Shown one piece after another: positions 47,521 through 51,200 of a stretch of 51,200 nt of DNA (position 1 is its first letter; each line of letters opens with the position of its first letter). The stretch is from a virus (taxonomy: Duplodnaviria > Heunggongvirae > Uroviricota > Caudoviricetes). The translations under genes were made by a program, and so were the position numbers. The stretch lies in the IMG/VR virus record IMGVR_UViG_3300042363_000209; one strand, written 5' to 3'. The notes under the pieces are model-generated. The model was not told where the DNA came from and ran no database searches. It saw only the letters and a list, made by a program, of their open reading frames with translations.

Positions 47521-50500
47521 ATGAACGTTACATGTTCTGCAACTCCTTGCCCAGTCATACTTAACAGCACCTGCGTATTTTACGAGGGTGCTAATCTTGT
47601 TTATACAGGTATCAACACTAATGATTCCATTCAGACAGCTTTACAAAAAATTGATGAAGCTATTGGTAATGGAGGAGGTGGTAGTGGTTCAGCTGGTACT
47701 TCAGGTACTAGTGGAACCTCTGGTATTGATGGTACAAATGGTATCAATGGAACCTCTGGTACAAGTGGGGTTTCTGGAACCTCAGGAACACGTGGTACAT
47801 CAGGTACTAGTGGTTTAACTGGTACTTCAGGTACAAGTGGTGTAGATGGTACGTCTGGTACACGTGGTACTTCTGGTACTTCTGGTGTCTCAGGATCAAG
47901 TGGAACAACTGGAACAAGTGGAACTACAGGTACTAGTGGTACATCAGGAACACGTGGTACCTCTGGTACGTCAGGTATTAATGGAACAAATGGTGTAAAT
48001 GGATCAGCAGGTTCTTCAGGAACTGCTGGAAGCTCAGGCACATCTGGTATTGATGGTACAAGTGGAACTGATGGTACAAGTGGAACTAGTGGTTCATCTG
48101 CAACTAGTGGAACCTCTGGAACCAGTGGTACTTCAGGTATAGATGGTACATCAGGAACATCAGGCACTACAGGAACCAGTGGCACTTCAGGTGTAGATGG
48201 AACTAGTGGAACTTCTGCAACTAGTGGAACTGCTGGAACAAGTGGATCTTCAGGTGAAGATGGTACCTCTGGTACAAGTGGAGTAGATGGAACAAGTGGT
48301 ACGTCTGGAACATCTGCAACAAGTGGTACATCAGGTACAAGTGGATCTACAGGTACAAGCGGTACTTCAGGAACAACAGGTACATCTGGATCATCTGGTA
48401 CCACTGGAACAAGTGGTGTTGATGGAACATCTGGTACATCAGGGTCTGACGGTACTAGTGGAACTAGTGGTGAATCAGGAACTTCAGGTACGACTGGTAC
48501 ATCTGGAACCAGTGGAACACATGGTACAAGCGGTACATCTGCAACAAGTGGATCTTCTGGAACTAGTGGGTCTTCTGGAGTTGATGGAACAAGTGGTACT
48601 AGTGGTACTACAGGCACAAGTGGTAGTTCAGGAACCTCAGGAAGTGATGGTAGTAACGGAACTTCTGGAACTACTGGAACAAGTGGTACTAGTGGTGAAT
48701 CAGGATCTAGTGGTACTACTGGTACTTCTGGAACTAGTGGAACAAGTGGTACAGACGGTAGCCATGGAACATCAGGATCTGCAGGAACTTCAGGGTCATC
48801 TGGAATAGATGGCACCAGTGGTACAAGTGGTACTTCTGGAGCACAAGGTGATAAATATAGAACTACATCTACTGATAGCTTTACATTAGGTAACTCTGGT
48901 ACATTAACAGTTGCTACAGGTTTAGCATACTCAGTGGCTCAATCAATAATTGTGGTTTATGACGCTAATAACTTCCAAGAGTGTGAGGTTACAGCTTATA
49001 ATCCATCAACAGGTGAATTAAGTTTTGGTGCCCCTTTTAGAACAGTGGGTTCAGGCACATATACAAGTTGGATAGTAAACCTTGATGGTGCATCAGGTGG
49101 TGATGGTAGCTCAGGTACAAGTGGTACATCTGGAATAGATGGCACTTCTGGCACTTCTGGAACTACAGGCACATCTGGTACTTCTGGTAATGATGGCTCA
49201 TCAGGTACAACTGGAACTTCTGGAACAAGCGGTACATCAGGATCTAGTGGAACAACTGGAACTAGTGGTTCTAGTGGAACTTCTGGAACTTCTGGCATTG
49301 ATGGTACAAACGGAACAAGTGGTACAAGTGGAAGCACTGGTACTTCAGGCACAAGTGGTACATCAGGCTCTAGTGGTATTGATGGCACTTCAGGAACTTC
49401 TGGTTCAAGTGGTACTTCTGGTACAGACGGAACATCAGGTACTGATGGAACATCTGGTACTGACGGTACTTCTGGCATAGATGGAACTTCAGGAACAAGT
49501 GGAGTTGACGGAACTAGTGGTACTGATGGTACAAGTGGTACAGATGGAACATCTGGAATTGACGGAACTTCTGGCACTTCAGGTTCATCTGGTACTAGTG
49601 GTACAACAGGAACAAGTGGTACCTCAGCAACTAGTGGCACCTCAGGAACTTCTGGTTCTTCAGGAACTACTGGCACATCAGGTACAAGTGGAACTGATGG
49701 AACATCTGGAACTACAGGTGTAGACGGAACATCAGGTACTAGTGGGTCTTCTGGAACAACAGGAACGTCTGGTATAGACGGTACATCAGGCTCAAGTGGT
49801 ACAGCTGGTTCATCTGGCACATCTGGAACAAGTGCAATAGATGGTACTAGTGGAACCTCAGGTACATCAGGCACTAGTGGCACAAGTGGAACTAGTGGTA
49901 CTTCTGGTACCAGTGGAACGTCAGGAACCTCTGGTAGCTCTACATTATTATATGGTACAAGTTCTAATACAATATCTTTTCCTTTAAATCAAAATGGTAT
50001 TGAAGTTACGGCTAGTGGTGTTAGCCCAAGTCTTTTTGGTCCTTTTAGTCCTTGTAGTGGTGGTATTCTTGCTCCATTATATGTAGAATCATTACCTATT
50101 CAAGTAGGAACACAATTGTATGATGATCAATATTTAACAGATCCTTTTACATTTTCAAATCCTCCAGGCACATATTATATAGGTCTTGATGGTGATCCAT
50201 TTGGAATTGCTGAATCTGGTATAATAACAAGTATAGAAAGTTGTATAACTACAACAACAACAACTACAACAGCACCTGTCTATAATACTATAAATTTAGC
50301 GTTTGCTGATCCTAGTTATCCAAGTAATGTAGGGCCTATTGTAGCATGTGGTAATGCAGATAATCCTTCATTATTAGTTCCAATTTATTATGAATTTGGT
50401 ACTACTATTACAGCAACTGTCACATTTTTATATTATGATACAGCACTTACAAATTCAGTTAGTTCAGGATATTATTCTGATGGAACTAATTGGTATGCTG

Positions 50501-50796
50501 TAAACATATATGGATTAGTTCAAGTGAGTGGTTCATGTACAACTCCAAGTTCTCCAACATTATATGTAGATTCTATTAGTTCAATGGCTTGTGCAGGTAC
50601 AGCTACTAGCCTTCCAACATATGCATACACAGGTACAGCAACTCTTTGTGGATGTGGTGCTTTAAATGCAGCTAATGCTACATCATTGAGTGCAGGAACC
50701 TATTATGTTTCTGATGGAACCAATACTAGACCATTTACTTCTGCAGGTGGTGGTTCAACATTGTTAACTCAAGCAGGTAGTTGTGTACCTTGTTAA
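47521..50796 (+). CDS. Very long Gly-X-Y (GTS/GID) repeat fibre with three C-terminal Cys-bounded modules
   Basis: 1091 aa; N-terminal anchor like the 4844/5967 ORFs; two repeat tracts around a small beta domain; Thr linker; three AC...C modules. Confidence 0.75.
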   Translation: MNVTCSATPCPVILNSTCVFYEGANLVYTGINTNDSIQTALQKIDEAIGNGGGGSGSAGTSGTSGTSGIDGTNGINGTSGTSGVSGTSGTRGTSGTSGLTGTSGTSGVDGTSGTRGTSGTSGVSGSSGTTGTSGTTGTSGTSGTRGTSGTSGINGTNGVNGSAGSSGTAGSSGTSGIDGTSGTDGTSGTSGSSATSGTSGTSGTSGIDGTSGTSGTTGTSGTSGVDGTSGTSATSGTAGTSGSSGEDGTSGTSGVDGTSGTSGTSATSGTSGTSGSTGTSGTSGTTGTSGSSGTTGTSGVDGTSGTSGSDGTSGTSGESGTSGTTGTSGTSGTHGTSGTSATSGSSGTSGSSGVDGTSGTSGTTGTSGSSGTSGSDGSNGTSGTTGTSGTSGESGSSGTTGTSGTSGTSGTDGSHGTSGSAGTSGSSGIDGTSGTSGTSGAQGDKYRTTSTDSFTLGNSGTLTVATGLAYSVAQSIIVVYDANNFQECEVTAYNPSTGELSFGAPFRTVGSGTYTSWIVNLDGASGGDGSSGTSGTSGIDGTSGTSGTTGTSGTSGNDGSSGTTGTSGTSGTSGSSGTTGTSGSSGTSGTSGIDGTNGTSGTSGSTGTSGTSGTSGSSGIDGTSGTSGSSGTSGTDGTSGTDGTSGTDGTSGIDGTSGTSGVDGTSGTDGTSGTDGTSGIDGTSGTSGSSGTSGTTGTSGTSATSGTSGTSGSSGTTGTSGTSGTDGTSGTTGVDGTSGTSGSSGTTGTSGIDGTSGSSGTAGSSGTSGTSAIDGTSGTSGTSGTSGTSGTSGTSGTSGTSGTSGSSTLLYGTSSNTISFPLNQNGIEVTASGVSPSLFGPFSPCSGGILAPLYVESLPIQVGTQLYDDQYLTDPFTFSNPPGTYYIGLDGDPFGIAESGIITSIESCITTTTTTTTAPVYNTINLAFADPSYPSNVGPIVACGNADNPSLLVPIYYEFGTTITATVTFLYYDTALTNSVSSGYYSDGTNWYAVNIYGLVQVSGSCTTPSSPTLYVDSISSMACAGTATSLPTYAYTGTATLCGCGALNAANATSLSAGTYYVSDGTNTRPFTSAGGGSTLLTQAGSCVPC
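47670..48846 (+). repeat. Coding triplet repeat tract 1 of 47521 fibre (about 390 aa)
   Basis: Gly (occasionally Ala) every third residue; boundaries approximate. Confidence 0.9.
49087..49940 (+). repeat. Coding triplet repeat tract 2 of 47521 fibre (about 285 aa)
   Basis: Same [15 protein letters not shown] units; boundaries approximate. Confidence 0.9.
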
Positions 50797-50822
50797 AATT
50801 ATAAAATATAAAATCAATATAA

Positions 50823-51200
50823 ATGGCTTATTCTAACATAACAATAACCACTCAAACAGGTCTATCTTTTATCACTGGACAATTTATCCAGCTAATAGCA
50901 GATAGTACTGACTATATTTTTGGTCAGGTTGTTTCTTACAATCCTGCTACAGGAGAGTTGGTTTTTACACCAACTAAAGCTGTAGGTAGTGGTAGTTACA
51001 ACCTTTGGGAAGTAATTGCCTCTGGTTCTGCTGGTGAAGATGGTACATCTGGAAGTGCAGGTACTTCAGGCACGTCAGGTACTGCTGGTACATCTGGAAC
51101 TAGTGGTAGTTCAGGTATTGATGGTGCTGGTGGTAGTGGAGGTACATCTGGTACAAGTGGAACATCAGGTTCAAGTGGAACAAGTGCAACAGACGGTACT
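50823..51200 (+). CDS. Third GTS-repeat fibre, 3'-truncated by window edge (not in ORF track)
   Basis: ATG 50823 after A-rich spacer; MAYSNITITTQTGLSFITGQFIQLIADSTDYIFGQVVSYNPATGELVFTPTKAVGSGSYNLWEVIASGSAGEDGTSG... open for 126 codons to the window end. Confidence 0.8.
   Translation, partial: MAYSNITITTQTGLSFITGQFIQLIADSTDYIFGQVVSYNPATGELVFTPTKAVGSGSYNLWEVIASGSAGEDGTSGSAGTSGTSGTAGTSGTSGSSGIDGAGGSGGTSGTSGTSGSSGTSATDGT

Noticed and set aside
47631-49883. Long minus-strand ORFs (394 and 295 aa; also 6098-6286, 6509-6754, 6980-7213) rich in PxVPxVP, and + strand off-frame LEQVV-type ORFs
   Set aside because: Shadows of the GGN-ACN-TCN repeat, which lacks stops in other frames; no start signals; all credible genes are on the + strand.
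1-51200. Stop-codon reassignment (known in some crAss-like phages)
   Set aside because: All large genes are intact under code 11; genes end in TAA or TGA. No gene ends in TAG, but none needs TAG or TGA read as sense.

Overview
AT-rich window with all 23 credible genes on the + strand (first and last truncated), standard genetic code. It reads as the late/virion module of a crAss-like (Crassvirales-type) phage, probably infecting a Bacteroidota host (A-rich starts without Shine-Dalgarno, TTG-N18-21-TAnnTTTG promoter-like sites). Order: 3' end of major capsid gene; conserved capsid-neighbour, ring and auxiliary capsid genes; a cluster of Cys-rich fibre/decoration genes; a metallophosphoesterase in its own transcription unit; ring, IHF-like, tail tubular and tail stabilisation (muzzle) genes; four large cargo-type genes plus a 4161-aa virion RNA polymerase (DFDID motif); then long Gly-Thr-Ser repeat fibres. 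Most notable: (1) the muzzle gene looks split, its C-terminal part re-headed with a decoration module; (2) a set of small Cys-containing modules and Thr linkers shuffled among about nine virion genes; (3) a cargo protein with one strong and one weaker ADP-ribosyltransferase-like domain; (4) about 21 copies of a short x-x-[NYQFAM]-G(G) motif punctuating two cargo proteins like a polyprotein; (5) a structured GC-rich intergenic element after the capsid gene; (6) an unannotated 47-aa Cys-rich ORF. Family assignments come from motif recognition and synteny recalled from crAss-like phages; no database searches were run.
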